A stretch of DNA of 64,000 nt, taken from contig CM060732.1 in NCBI GenBank assembly GCA_030704615.1, positions 66,464,001 through 66,528,000 on the forward strand, written 5' to 3'. Both the position numbers and the translations under genes were made by a program. The notes below the pieces were generated by a model. That model searched no databases. It was not told the DNA's origin and worked only from the letters and a program-made list of their open reading frames with translations. The stretch comes from Takakia lepidozioides. Lineage: Eukaryota > Plantae > Bryophyta. This document shows, in pieces, positions 1-12,900 of this stretch. Each line of letters opens with the position of its first letter. Positions within the stretch are counted from its first letter, which is position 1.

Positions 1-2516
1 CCAGAAGCTCATGTGGAATTCCCTAATATGTGTCATGGGCTGCCATCTCCAAATTTCGCAGGTTTCATGGCGGATAGTGCTCAAGCAAATTTCAATGCTG
101 TTCGTATTGTCTTCGGATCGGGCGACCCAAAAGTGCCTATGCCAGGAAGAGAGCGTACGTGTCTATTCCATTGGACACAATCTCTGGAAAAATATACAAA
201 GTCGGACATCAAACCAGAGATGCAGACTCAGCACCATAAATTGTGCAAAGAGTACAAAGATGCTAGAACAATGAAGGAGGCGGACACTTTGTTCCAGACA
301 ATTCGTGCCTGGTGGTTCTCTTCTTGAGCTGCATCACTTGAGAGTATGAGAGCATTGGAAGATTGGCTGGCGTTTTGGCACTTCCGGTATAGACAGTGGG
401 GAGCAGCCATGCCATTGGTACGAGGCTTATATTTATTGCTTTATTCATACATTTGCTTTCCATTTTATTGTGTCATCGCTTTCTTTATGTTGTTTTCTGT
501 TCACTGTTTTGAAGTGTGGTTTTGCACTTTGCAGAACATGTCCATTGAGGAAATGGCGGACATGTCATCTTGCAATTTGGCAGAAACTGTGCACAACGCA
601 TGGTTGCAGCAGTCTGGGAAACGAGGTCGGGATTTGTATGTGGCAACAACAGATGATTTGATACGTGCCTTGCAACAACAAACCCAATACCGTGATTTCT
701 TACGAGGTGGGGTTGGTGGCAAGGGTCCGGACAAATGGGAGTTTGATGTTGCGTGCTGCAAACAGATTTGGGGATCCAATCAAGATAGCACGGGCGGTGA
801 ACATGTATGCCCAGGGAACGCCACTTGTTTCTAGAGTTCCACATCTTGAAGGGGAGGAGAGATTCGGCTCATGTAAGAGGAAATTGAACACTCCACCTGG
901 TTCGGATTCAGATTCCCACAGGGTAGACCATGATAACTTCTCAAAGCCTCGTGTTCCCCTGCATGACAGCTCCATGTCCGGAACCTCCATTGTGGAGGAA
1001 CCTCCAACACGACGGCAAGCTCCAGCATCAAACAATGCCACTGAAATGGTGCAGGAGAGAAACAACCCCCTTGATGTGCTTGCCCCGACCACGTTTGGCA
1101 CATAGAACGCACAAGTGTAGGGTCTCGTGTGAAATGTACAGCGATCAGGGTAACTAATTTCGAGAAGTGCACTTCATCTATATCCAGAGGTGGTGCCCGA
1201 ACTCCTGCTCCGACTTTCACGGGCTTGATGCGTCCATACGGTCAACCAGAAGCCAAGAACCACAAGTTCTGGTTCTGCGCAGATGATTGTGCCAGATCTG
1301 TGCATGGAACTGTGCGTCCTTCCGTAGTGATGAAGCCATCTCCTCCAACCGTTTGTCCGTGAAGGTGGGAACACATCTCAGTTTTCAAGAGATTGAAATG
1401 CTGGAGGAGGCAGGTTTTTCCCTTGCGAGACAATCCCAACTCCATGCATGTGCTACTACTTCTGCGTCCTCCCGGGTCCCCCTGGCAAATCCTGACTTGT
1501 GGCCAACCAAACGAGATGGAAAGCTCGTTCGGCGTTTCCCTCCAACCGCTGAACACTTTGGCAAAGTGGAGTCCGCAAGAATGCTCCAAGCTCGTGTTGG
1601 AAGCACCACGGAAGTACCCGATCCAGGATATGGTCGGGTATTCACAATCATCACTTCCACATCTGCTGTTCATGACAGGACCTACGACATCACGGTTTCC
1701 AATTTCCCCAATTACACATGTCCTGATTTTGTGAATATGCTATCAACCAGTTTGGGCAAGAGAGGTAAATTCATACCCTGCAAACATTTGTATTTCATAT
1801 TTTTGAAGAGGATGGTTTGCGATCCCAAACGTGACAACTTCATTCACCAGACCACTATGAATTTCAACGAGGTCGATACTCTATTGCAGCGGGATACAAC
1901 ACATGGGTAGCATCAACTATGCAATGTGGTATGTGGACGACCATGATTTGAAATGTGTAATTCACATCAATTCGTCGGCGGTGCAATGATATGGCCTCCA
2001 ACTATACGGAGTGAGCTCTGAGTGACAACTTTTAGGTAGTGCACATTTGTCATTGCACCGTTCGAAGTCTACATGTCTTGCTGTCGCTATGCACTACAAT
2101 CATCTTTTGAAGATGATCCTAACTCTCATTGTTATTTGAGGAGGGAGGAAGGTCTTCCCGTGGCAGCCTTTATGGCGCACACTTTGTGAGGATATTTTTT
2201 TGTCCTCATAATTGTAAAAGTGAAACAAGCATTTGTAATTGCACAATGTTGGATGCTGCAATTGTAGGCCTCAACGCTCGTCTTGATTCTATTTAGGCAA
2301 GATTCCCTGCATTAATTCCATGGTCATAGGACCATCCTCGGTTATAGGCGGCGCATGTTAATGCTGACGTGGCAGATGACGGACAGTGCCACGTCATCAT
2401 TTACCGCCACATCAGCATGCTGACATGACGCTCACGCCACGTCAGCGTGTGTGCAGGCTCACGCCACGTCAGCTGGCGTGAGCGTACGCTCGCGCGCTCA
2501 CGCCATTGCGTCGTTG
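1..2516 (+). mobile_element. Mutator-like (MULE) DNA transposon, 3' part; 5' end lies outside the window
   Basis: Contains the transposase remnant 13-1910. It ends ...GCTCACGCCATTGCGTCGTTG at 2516, the reverse complement of the terminus at 18703 and 31174, where a 9-bp TSD is visible. Subterminal GCCACGTCA/GCTCACGCC repeats at 2360-2505. Confidence 0.8.
13..1910 (+). pseudogene. MULE transposase with C-terminal SWIM zinc finger, disrupted
   Basis: FMADSAQANFNAVRIVF...TCLFHW (MULE D...CxxH) and CNLAETVHN (catalytic E region). SWIM-like TCPDF...PCKH near 1720-1790. GT-AG intron 418-534. Premature TGA at 325-327 and frameshifts. Confidence 0.8.
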
Positions 2517-2945
2517 TCCGTCTCCTACGATAATCTGATTGTCAATCTTGAGGATCCTGAAATAGGCCTCCACCTTGTTTCTACAAAATTTCTTTTTTGT
2601 TACAAAGTTTATGTCGAGCACACGAATATTTCTTTCCTGCAATGAAACCAAACAATGATATCAAAATAAATCCGACGAACACCAACCATCGATAGATTGA
2701 AAGGGTTAGGCTTTCTTTTGAGACAACTACCAAACACACCAATCTGCAAAATAACAAACACCCAAAACACCCACAACTCCAATAACATGAACCTCTACTG
2801 CCTAGTGGAGGTTAACAAAATGGAACAATCAGACACAAGTTAAACACGCTTTTCCGACAACGTCAAGAATACAAGAGTTAAATCCGGAAAACTGAAAACA
2901 CAGACAATTCCAAGATGCAGAATCCGCTTACAAGCAGAACGTATG

Positions 2946-3542
2946 TCATGTCAGTCCTCCGAAAATGTTCACACAAGACATCCCGTCCCTGCAAAAAAAA
3001 AAAACCAGGTAATCGTAGGTGTCCGGCCTCAGCTCATGATTGTAAGTCCTGCACTCCATCTCCTGCGAGGTCGGGTCTACATCTGGTCCTTGGATAATGG
3101 GATTAATTAGGTCCGGCGATAACAAAACAGTTTGAATGTGGTCGTCCGAATTCACCATCTCCTCAGCTGTTGCCGGAAATACGTAGTCGAGGCAGAGGAC
3201 CGTCCGGGAGAATATAGTCGTGCAGCTCTTGTAAGGTGATTCAAACTCGCCGGGAATGTAATAACCCTGTCGGATGATAAACGATTTTGATCCAGGGCCA
3301 TTCCGGATGTATGACACAAGATTTCCCGATGATTCTTGTGTGGAGAAAAACACAAAAGCACTAGACATGAGCTGCCGAGCCACAAAAGCATCCAAGATAT
3401 TTGAGTAGTCATTTGTCTCGAAGACAACAGAGTCATCATCACAAATTGTATTGACGAACACCATGGATATGTCGTCGAACCGATTCTTTGGTGCAAGTCC
3501 CAACCGTGATCTGGCATCAGCCACTTGACAGCCGACGTTCAT
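2946..3542 (-). pseudogene. Coding-like fragment; C-terminus weakly resembles the SAM-binding end of amino-(N6A/N4C) methyltransferase folds
   Basis: 198-aa ORF ending YNHELRPDTYDYLVFFFCRDGMSCVNIFGG (compare HPxxKPxxL...GxxVLDxFxG). No DPPY/SPPY motif seen. Confidence 0.25.
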
Positions 3543-3754
3543 CTTGTCGTGATCTTGAACTCTTCGATATATGGTCTATTCTTGGTCCTTTACAGTAGTC
3601 CATTGTCGGGACACTTATGTCTCCGAAAACGTAGAGGTCACTCTGAAACTAAGAAACACTACATTGTGTTGTTTCTGACGGCGGGAACACTTAAATTGCG
3701 CAGGTTGGTATCGTCCATCAACCTTCATTTGCAACATCGGGGAAGAGGAAACAG

Positions 3755-4400
3755 ATGCTGTTAATATTGAGTGTCAACGGTCTCCTTTGCTACTGGCCAC
3801 CTCCAACCGGCGGTGAATTGTTTAAGGAGAGATTTCGTTTCAAGAAAGTTACAGTTCATGTTCCCGAAAGACCTTTTATGGTTCCCGGCCCGGAGTCTTG
3901 GAGTTTCTCAACCTTGCGTTCATGCATTTTCACGTGGCGATCTGGTCATGTGCTGAAAGACATGTTCTTTGTAGGATGCTCGAGTGCTTAGTTCCTACGA
4001 AAATTGCGAAGAAGTTTTGCTTCATCTGGTCAGCTGAGCATTGCAAAGACACTACCGGTTATATCATGCCTGGGATGAAATATCTCGTTAAGGATATTCG
4101 CACTGTTCTTGCCAAGTACCCTGGTACACCCTTTGCAACGCAGGGACAAATACTCCTTGTTGATGATAAGCCATCAAAGGGCCTCCGAAACCCACCAAAT
4201 ACTGGATTCTTCCCTATTTCATACAAGCCATCACCAAAGGGATTGGTTGACCAGGATGATATGACAAAAGCTGTGTAGCCATATATATTGAAAATGGCTG
4301 CAGCTTCAACAGTCGTAGATTACATCAGCGAGAACCCGGCCAAGTATTCTCGTAAGCCTCTTGGTCGTGACCATGCCTATTGGGCTTGGTATGGAAGATA
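3755..4400 (+). pseudogene. FCP1/NIF-family HAD phosphatase-like domain, degenerate
   Basis: LLILSVNGLL (motif I with Asp replaced by Ser), RPGV.EFL..AF.HFHVAIWSCA, LVKD, LLVDDKPSK..RNP. Frameshift near 3880 and stop at 4276-4278. Confidence 0.7.
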
Positions 4401-6941
4401 TGTTGATCCTCGTGTTTGGATCCCACAACAAAAGGAACCTGATTACCTTGGTATGTACTTATCCCACTGTTTGTTGTTTATGGAGAATTTGATCTTGAAA
4501 GTGTCTTCCACTTGCACTTTTACTTTATCATTTTTTCTACAAATGTTCCACATTTCAGCTAACATTCGTCATATGAAAAATCGTTTTGCCCAGTCACATT
4601 CAAAGAGCGAATTCGAAAAGAAGAAGAAGAGCTTCGTGATTGGCAAGAATGGCAGGCTTCCCGGCAGGCTTCAAGGGCATCAAGAGATTCAACAAGTAGA
4701 GTTCCCAGTAACATTTCGGATGATAATGTTACTACTAGGTTCGAGTTCTCCGAAAGTATTTCCGTTTCATCTGGTACGGAGACCGTTGCAAGTGGTTGTG
4801 GTAACCGGAGGCGTCTTCGAACACAGCGAGCCGTTTGGGAGGAGGCTCTGTAATATTAATGGGTTAGTGTAAGCCGTTGTATGGCTTCGAGCTGCTGGAT
4901 AACATTAAGTCCAACGGATGTATAGTTGACGTTACATTAGGTCTGACTGCAACGCCAAAGTTGCAATCTCTAATAAAATATGAATGTTTATCATCAATGT
5001 ATGCGGACACATTCTTTCATATCATCCTCTTCATCACATACCATGATTGTTCTATGTTTGGTTTTGTATGTCATCTGATATGACAACCATTTTCTGCAAA
5101 AAGTTTTACATATCTGACCTCACATCATGGTGTAATTTATTGCATCCTCCCATTTTTTTTCGTGAACGTCAACTTGGCAATGGATGTTCTTCTAAAACCA
5201 CAATACATACTTATATTGTCTCCAAAAAATGTTTGGAGGATTATATTGTGTATAAAATAACCAAAATAATCATATATATCGCTTTATTTCAATAATAAAT
5301 TTTATTTATTCATATTTCTCATATTATTTCTGGACCAAACAAAAGTCCAGAATTAGTTAAAATAGTGTTATAACACTCTATTTACAATCCACAAACACTT
5401 CTAACACACACCATCCTACATCTTCCTAAGCTGTTCTCTGACATATCCTAGCCAAAGATCTCAATGTGAAACCTTCAAAGCCAGTATCAAATTACACAAT
5501 GGGCAGAAAAGAAATGGGTCCTGGTGTTCCACTTGCTTCTAGTATCCTGGACCATGGGTCTTTGAAAATTCAAGCAACTAGAACATTCAAGCAATGCTAA
5601 GAGCCGAGTCGTAGATAGCTTCATGTATTGGCACCTAGTGCATACCGGTAGATTTTCCTCCAAAGAAGCCTTGCAAAATGACTGTCGATGCTCCAAGCAC
5701 CCTCCAAGAACCTTCATGATTTTGAACAGATCAAGCCAGAACCTTGCGTGAGGATTTTGAATTGTAGTGAAAGGGTCTTATCTAGAGCCTGGAGAGACAC
5801 GCTCATTGAGTGATACTAGAATCTAGCAAGATAGTTTGAAGCTATTTAAGCACTCTTAGGAACGTATGTCACGACATTGGCACCGAAGATATTTTGTTGC
5901 TCGATAGCTGTATGCTGTAGGTTCGCTCCTTCCTTGTGCACCTCTTTCTTCCGTCATAATTAACTGCAACTTCCTACTGGAAAGCTGTGTAACCTCAAAC
6001 AGAAACTTTTACTAACCGTAGTCATAAAATCAAGGTATTTCCAATATAGAAACGAGGGTGTGAGTATAATCTTGTCACTGACATCTTATAGGAATAATGC
6101 TCAATACAAGTAGTTGTTATTCATGCACTGCTTATCTCACACAGAGTGAAAAGGGCATGATGTAGCTCTCTGACTGGCATATGTAGCTCATATGTATCAG
6201 CAGGATGGAGAGTAGGTCTTTGCGAGCATCACCATCGAAATTGTGGAGACCTATAACTGTCACTGGATCCTGCATTTTCACAAGAGAACCTCATGGTCTT
6301 CGGCTCAATTTACACTCTGTAGCTTAAGCTTCCAAAGCATTCGGACGTTGTCATTACAAGTGATGCCTCTTCCTGGCTGCTCCCGTCTCAATGCTGAGAA
6401 TAGAGGCGGCTAATGCTATAACTCTTTTGCTTTCTCGAGCTCCTTGCCTGCAGATCGCCATGAGAGGACATGAGAATCCCTAAACCCGGGTTCCTATCCG
6501 GGCAGTTATCAACAACATATTATGTGTATGTAATAATATACGACATATATATTTATTTGTACGTTACGTATAATACACCTGTAGCCCAGGCACGTCTGAG
6601 ATTCATTACCCGGTGCCTTTTACTACCTGGGGTATTTCTACCCCTTTCTTTTCATTAGCCCATGCCCTCTTGCCTGTGCCACAGAATCTTTTGGAATAAA
6701 ACCCAAGGGTATTGGAATCTTTCAAGGTGTCCCGGTCATGGCCTTTTTGGTATTCCGTACTTGTGATGATGTAGGATTCATGAAATAGGGACTGCTCGAT
6801 GGGAAGGTCGGCCGGTGATTTAAGATAGGCGGCAAGTCCGCAAGCGACAGCATTTCTGGAGCATTTACTAAGTACTTTGGGGGCGTTGCGGTGATTTCGG
6901 CGTATTTAGTGTTCCTAAATTTGTGGGTAGGGTTGCGAGCG

Positions 6942-9900
6942 TTTGATCACAAAAGGGAGTGTGGCGGGCTATAAAGTGTGGTGGCGCAGCAGCGATGATC
7001 CAAGATCATTTTGCATGATGATACTTGAAGTCATCATCGGCTCACAGGAGTGTGCAGGCCGTAGCCTTGCTGCAGGTACCCCCGTGTACGTAACAATGCC
7101 CTCATGTTTGAGGGCATATCTGACATTTCTCCAGGGGGATGACCGGTATGGTAATCCTACCTACTTCAGGAACCTACTGTAAAATTTTCATGTGATTTCA
7201 CCGTGTCATTAGGAAGATTATAACAAAAATGTAAGCTGCAAATATTTTTTGTGCTCTAGTTCTGGAGACCAAGCAATTGGCCTGGCAAAATGATTTTTCA
7301 TTGATACCCAGATTCTAATTGGCTGGCATGTAGAGCACCTTGGGCCAAGATTCCAGAACCAAATTCCAAAACCACATGAGGGTTGCTTTGTATGGGAAAA
7401 TCGGTGGGTCAAAAATGCTCTCCATTACAATTGACTCCAAATCTGCCTCAAATGTGTCCAAATTTTCATCACAATGTCAATTCCTCTGGTCATATTGTTC
7501 CTTGCGTGGAAACTCACCACCATAACAAATTTTGGAAGCATTCTAACCACTCTACATGCATAGATTTCCATTTGGGCCTATTTCTACTTGAATCCAAATT
7601 CCGGGGAACTCATGCCTAAGCCGAGAGAGGATTCCGGCCCGAAAACTCGGGCTCCGTCATCGATTCATGGGGAATTGCCGGGCACCCGAAACGCAGCACC
7701 CGACGAACGCGAAGGCAGGCCCTTTCTTTCATCGTGCGAATCTGCAAATAACCAACTGCCAACCGTCTGAGATGTCAGTGCAGAATACAAGGGAGGCATT
7801 TTCCGGACAAAGCTCCTGCAGCAACTCCTCCACAGGTCGAGGTAAAAGAAAATTCGTGCGTGGGCACGCAGCTTCCTTCTGTAACCTACATCCGCTGTGG
7901 AGTCGTAGTGAGAGACGAGGGCTGCAGGAGATTGCCACCAACACAAACCAGCAGCTTGTTCCTCATTTCACAGCCGTTCTCGAAGCTTCAGTACACAGCC
8001 CGAAGAACAAAATTCCCTGCGTTGTCACGGGTGATGGCAGCATCACCTACAAGCAACGCTGATGAACTGGCAGATCTTTGGGGTGCAGCCCAGGCTCCGT
8101 TAGTGAGGTCAACATCTGGCAAAGAGACTGTCTTACATTCTGAAAATGGAATCCAGAGCTTCCCTGGTTACCGCCCTGCCAGTAAGGGCTCACTCCAAGC
8201 AACAGACTAACTCTCTTCCGAATGTCTATCTTCCGATCCAACTAAGAGGCAATCTTATTCACATCTCCTATGATGATATTTCTCTAATCCAGAAGACAAC
8301 ATAGATTGATGCAAGGATGAAGCTACAACTTACATGCAAACATCCTAATGAGCTGATGTGGAATGCTCTCTGAGATTCCAACTAAACATCCACTACTTAA
8401 ACCTTGAGAGCCGGCTTCACCAAGGGTGTCTGGCTCCTAGCCAAAAGCTTCTCTGCGATGTCATGTTCAGTAACAGGGAGATAATAAATATGCGATTTTG
8501 TTCGAGTCTTCTTGAATATATCATCCAATGTGGGACTTTGAGGCTCCATGTCTGTCCAATCCAACACAGCACTACAAATCTTAACTATTGTATGCTTTTT
8601 TAACAATCCACAAGTGCACATCCACTTGTCAATCTGGCTCTTGGTCTCTCTGCTTGTCTGTCATTACTCTTGCACAGTCGTCACCTCTCAGTAATGTCCC
8701 TCTGTACCATTACTGTTCTTATTATGAGTTGATTTGCCAGTTTTGGTCTTCCATCCCCTAGTCTCCCAGTCCTTCCTGTTTCCTATCTTTACTCTGCTTG
8801 CTCAATCCTCTATCGCTGTAGCATATGTGCATACCAGCAATCTCTACCCCTCTCTTCCTTGAAGTAAACCCAAGCATCTAATCCTGATAGCTACATACAT
8901 TGCAAGAGAGCACAGAAAATCACCAGGAAAGAACCATTTGGGTTGAACTTCAAGTATTATGTGGAGGTCAGTAACCAAAACAATTCCCCTTGAAGTCTGG
9001 GTCTGATGCCAACAATACATGGACAACCTTCTTTTCACAAGGACTTGGACTCCAAGCTTCAGGTGAGTTGAGGGTACCTAAAAGCCCTATCTAAAAACAT
9101 CAGAAGAATACAGTTACCTACCTTACAAATCAAACCAAAGCTGGACCTCTGCATCCGTCAAGGTGGCATCAGTCACGAGCCTCAAGAGCTCTGTTATCTG
9201 ATTCCCTGTGGCTTCCAATTTCTGAATCGTGTCCCTACTAATATATTTCCTAGGCAAGTCCGTGCACAGAATGTGACCCTTTTCCTTCATACTTGGTGCC
9301 AAAATTTCCAATTTTGACCTGACAAACTGTAAGAAGCTTGACATGGGGGTTGTGGCTACCTTGTTCGTCTGATAATTTTCTCGATAGGCTTCATACTGAC
9401 TGCCTGCCAAGTTCAGAACATCCAGTTGGTGGTGGCTCACCTGCATCCAAGGCTTTGCGTTTAGGTGCCATCCATTCCCTAACCCCCACACAGATCACCC
9501 CAACAACTCACCCCAATGAATGCAAGCCTATGTAGAAAACAGGCGAGATGAAGATACCGAAATGCAGCACACATGAACATACACAAAATCAGCGCGCATT
9601 AGCATCTGTGACGGCAGACAGTACAAACAGCAACGCCTCCAAATTGAACCCTAACAGCATCGTCAATGCACAAAATGCAGGAAGATCAAGTTCCAAGGCC
9701 ATATCTCGCAAAACGGAACAGCTCCCGCTGATTTTCTGCATGGAAAATGTGTGGCTGTGCAGCTCGAGCTACGCTCATAATGAGCACACATAGAAACCCC
9801 CCTGCAAATCACCTGCATGCGACGGTAGCAAAAACAAGCGCAGCAAAAACATAAAGCAGCGACAATCGAGAGAAATGCCCGTAAGCAAGGTGCAAGGAAG

Positions 9901-12900
9901 GCTGGAGAATGTGCCCGAGAAGATACCCAGCCGCTCCCGCCACCTGCCGGGCCCGTCATCATCATTATCTCGGGTGCCTGGGTGTGTCCGCACGGGCGGA
10001 CATGCAACCCCGTGCCTAAACCCATCGCCGGCTTTTGATCGCCCCCTCACCCCTTTAGCCTGCCACGTCACTCGGTCAAAGGTGCTGGAGGGCCGTGAAC
10101 CACCCAATTTTGGGTACCCCTGCACATTAAAAAAATCACTGACGGCAGGGATTTTATTATTTTAGGGTGCCATAAAGACAGGCGGGTGCATAACATCAAG
10201 GCGCACAACTTTCGTTCAGAAATTTTTTTCATCTGATGTCATCGGACGAAGTTACATCGTGGATGAATTCTGTAGCCCACCCTGACGCGACCCGAAACGG
10301 GTCGCCTCGTCCATTAGGGGTTAATGTTGGCGGCGGCTGACAGTATGCTTGGATACTTGTGAATCTGCTGTTTGATTATTAAATCTAAACCAGGTTGATG
10401 AGGCGCTTTGGTAAGTTGGGTACACAAGGATGTTAATGGACCCTATCTGGGCAGTTGGTTGTTCACGAGGATATTTTCCAGCCGACATTGTTGTAAGTGC
10501 ATCTCGAAATTGCTCACACCGTCTCACTGAGGTTCTTAATTTCGTCTGTCGATTCGCAACATCTCTAATGGGGAGCCCATCGCCCAAAATATATCTTCAC
10601 CTGGAGGCGCAGATTGTGGAACCTCGTACGTAATGCACTGCATGGGGATGTTGCAGATCAGCTCAGCACATTCTGTTGCTAAGAGAAAAATAGCTGTGCG
10701 CGTCTGTCAAGCTCCTCAATCGTGTTTACAGGGCCTCTATTTTTCCTCTTCTGCCAGCACATTATGACCCCCCAACACTTTTGTCTCTTAGCTTTGTAGA
10801 AACAGAACGGTATAATTCCTCAAACATCTTTCTGGCCGAGAGTGAGGGAACAATTCATCGCGCTACTGTAACCCACTTATAGTCCATGGAGCTTCCGGTC
10901 GTGACCCGACTTGCGACGCCATAGCTACGAGCTCCGTTCTCACTCTTTGTAGTAGTGCTATGTTGTAATGGAACTTTGGATCTCTAATCCGACGGCAACG
11001 AATAATTAGCGGCACAATGTACGGTAGGAATGGCCCATGCAGCTGCAGTGAGCCTTTCAGGCTTCTGCATCTAACAGTTTCACATTTCATTCTGCTACGA
11101 TACGACAAGCACAGTCTGTGGCAGAATGCTTCTGGGAACAGCGTACATATATTCATGAACGTGATCTGAGCAACGTGCCATAGAGGAACTTGCTGTGTAC
11201 AACAAGCTGACGAGAAGAAGAGACGGTGAATTGTTGGTGGTGAAAACGTCAACAGATAATGGAGGGATGGACAGTTGATGCTTCTAGATCTGACGTTTCT
11301 TAAAACTGTCTGACTTGCGCTACCGAAGAAATATTCCTGACATACTTCAAGCGGTTTGATGAGGCCAAAAACTGCACTAGGACTCTGCGACACTACCAAG
11401 TGTGTACAACCTCAACTTGCCGCAGGCTTTAACCTTCCGAAATTCTAAAACAGACCACAGGTCTACAGTGTTGATAGAACATTTGGAAATTTGGTCTTGC
11501 AGAATTAGCTTATTCCGCCACGTCATTAAATGATAAGATCCATTTGCACATTTGAGCACTCTACTGCTTAACCTGAGAAACACTAAATTAAGATTGTGTA
11601 TGGCATCATCGCACAGGGTCTTCGTAATAAATCATGCGACTGATTCTCCACCACAACAAGTCCTAAGTCGACCAAGTTGAACATTTCAACTTCAAGGTGC
11701 GCAGCCAAATGGAGCATTGGCTCTGGACGAATCTTAGAATGTAGGTAAAGCGGAACACATGTCCAAGGAGTCATGAACATGGAAGTAATCTGAACATTTT
11801 CAATTTTCGCACCTGAGAAAATAGACTACTGGAAGAGAGAGAAGGTAATTTATACCATCATGAGAGAATATCACACTATTTAAACCACTCTGTCTGTGGG
11901 GTGCACTCCAAGCGATGTCATCTTTCTTTTGTCGGAAGATTGATTTTTGATGGCCATTCTAGCTTTTCCACCAATCTGTAGCTGTATTCTGCTCGTAAGT
12001 ATCACTAAGTAGCTCACGAAGAGCTAGAGTAAGGACTTGGGATAGTCTGATCCAAGGCCGAACTGATGATACCCTCATCGTAAGGGCAGAGAATACATAT
12101 ATTCAATGATTGTATGCGGGGGTTCCAAATAACTCAGGACTGTGCACCGGAAGTGGATGGCGAGCCAGTTTCATTATAGCTTGCATCGTCTGAACGGGGG
12201 TTTTGAACTCCGTAACGACAGATCCAACGGCCGACGTCGAATTCTAGAGAATCGAGCTGTTGTTGACCAGTCGAACGGCCCAGTTGTGCCAAGTGGAACT
12301 AGCTGCAAAACATCGTTAACCAGTGCATGGGTCATTGAATGCAGGGCTCGTGGGTAGGGCATAGGATCGTTCCAGATATGCAGGAATGAATAGTTTGATG
12401 TTTCTATTTGCACATTGTGGAGAGATGAATTCCCCGGAGATTCAGTGCATCCTGTAATTAACAAGTTGCAGGATTCAGCTTTAATTTCTGTCTGTGGCAA
12501 CTTGCAATGTACAGATGCAAATGATAAGCTATATCTGTGTAACTTAGCAAGTTGCTTAACAGCTCCAAACGAGAAACTGTGTACTCTATAAGACGTAGCG
12601 ATTTGCCACAGCTGCAAAAAGAAGTTGCAATAAGTTGGAGTATTACAACTGCAGTACTAGTGGGTGACTCAGCCAGAGCAAGGACATCTAAGTAATAGAA
12701 TATGGAGTATATAAACCGTACTCCAAGCACCTCCCTCTCACTAGCTCATGAGCTTCGACCGTCTTCAGATTGCAAGCTGGTGTCATTGTCGATTTTCAGA
12801 TCGTTAGGCCTGTGACCCACTTTTCTCTCTTCTACTGGAAGCGGAGGGTCTTATGTTTCCCAGTTCTCACGTTGCCCTATAGTCTGCGTCTCTCCATTTG

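Noticed and set aside
10863-11399. 178-aa ORF similar to ORFs at 17729-18138
   Set aside because: The similarity comes from the inverted non-coding duplicate; frames are not conserved and the ORF crosses the inversion breakpoints.
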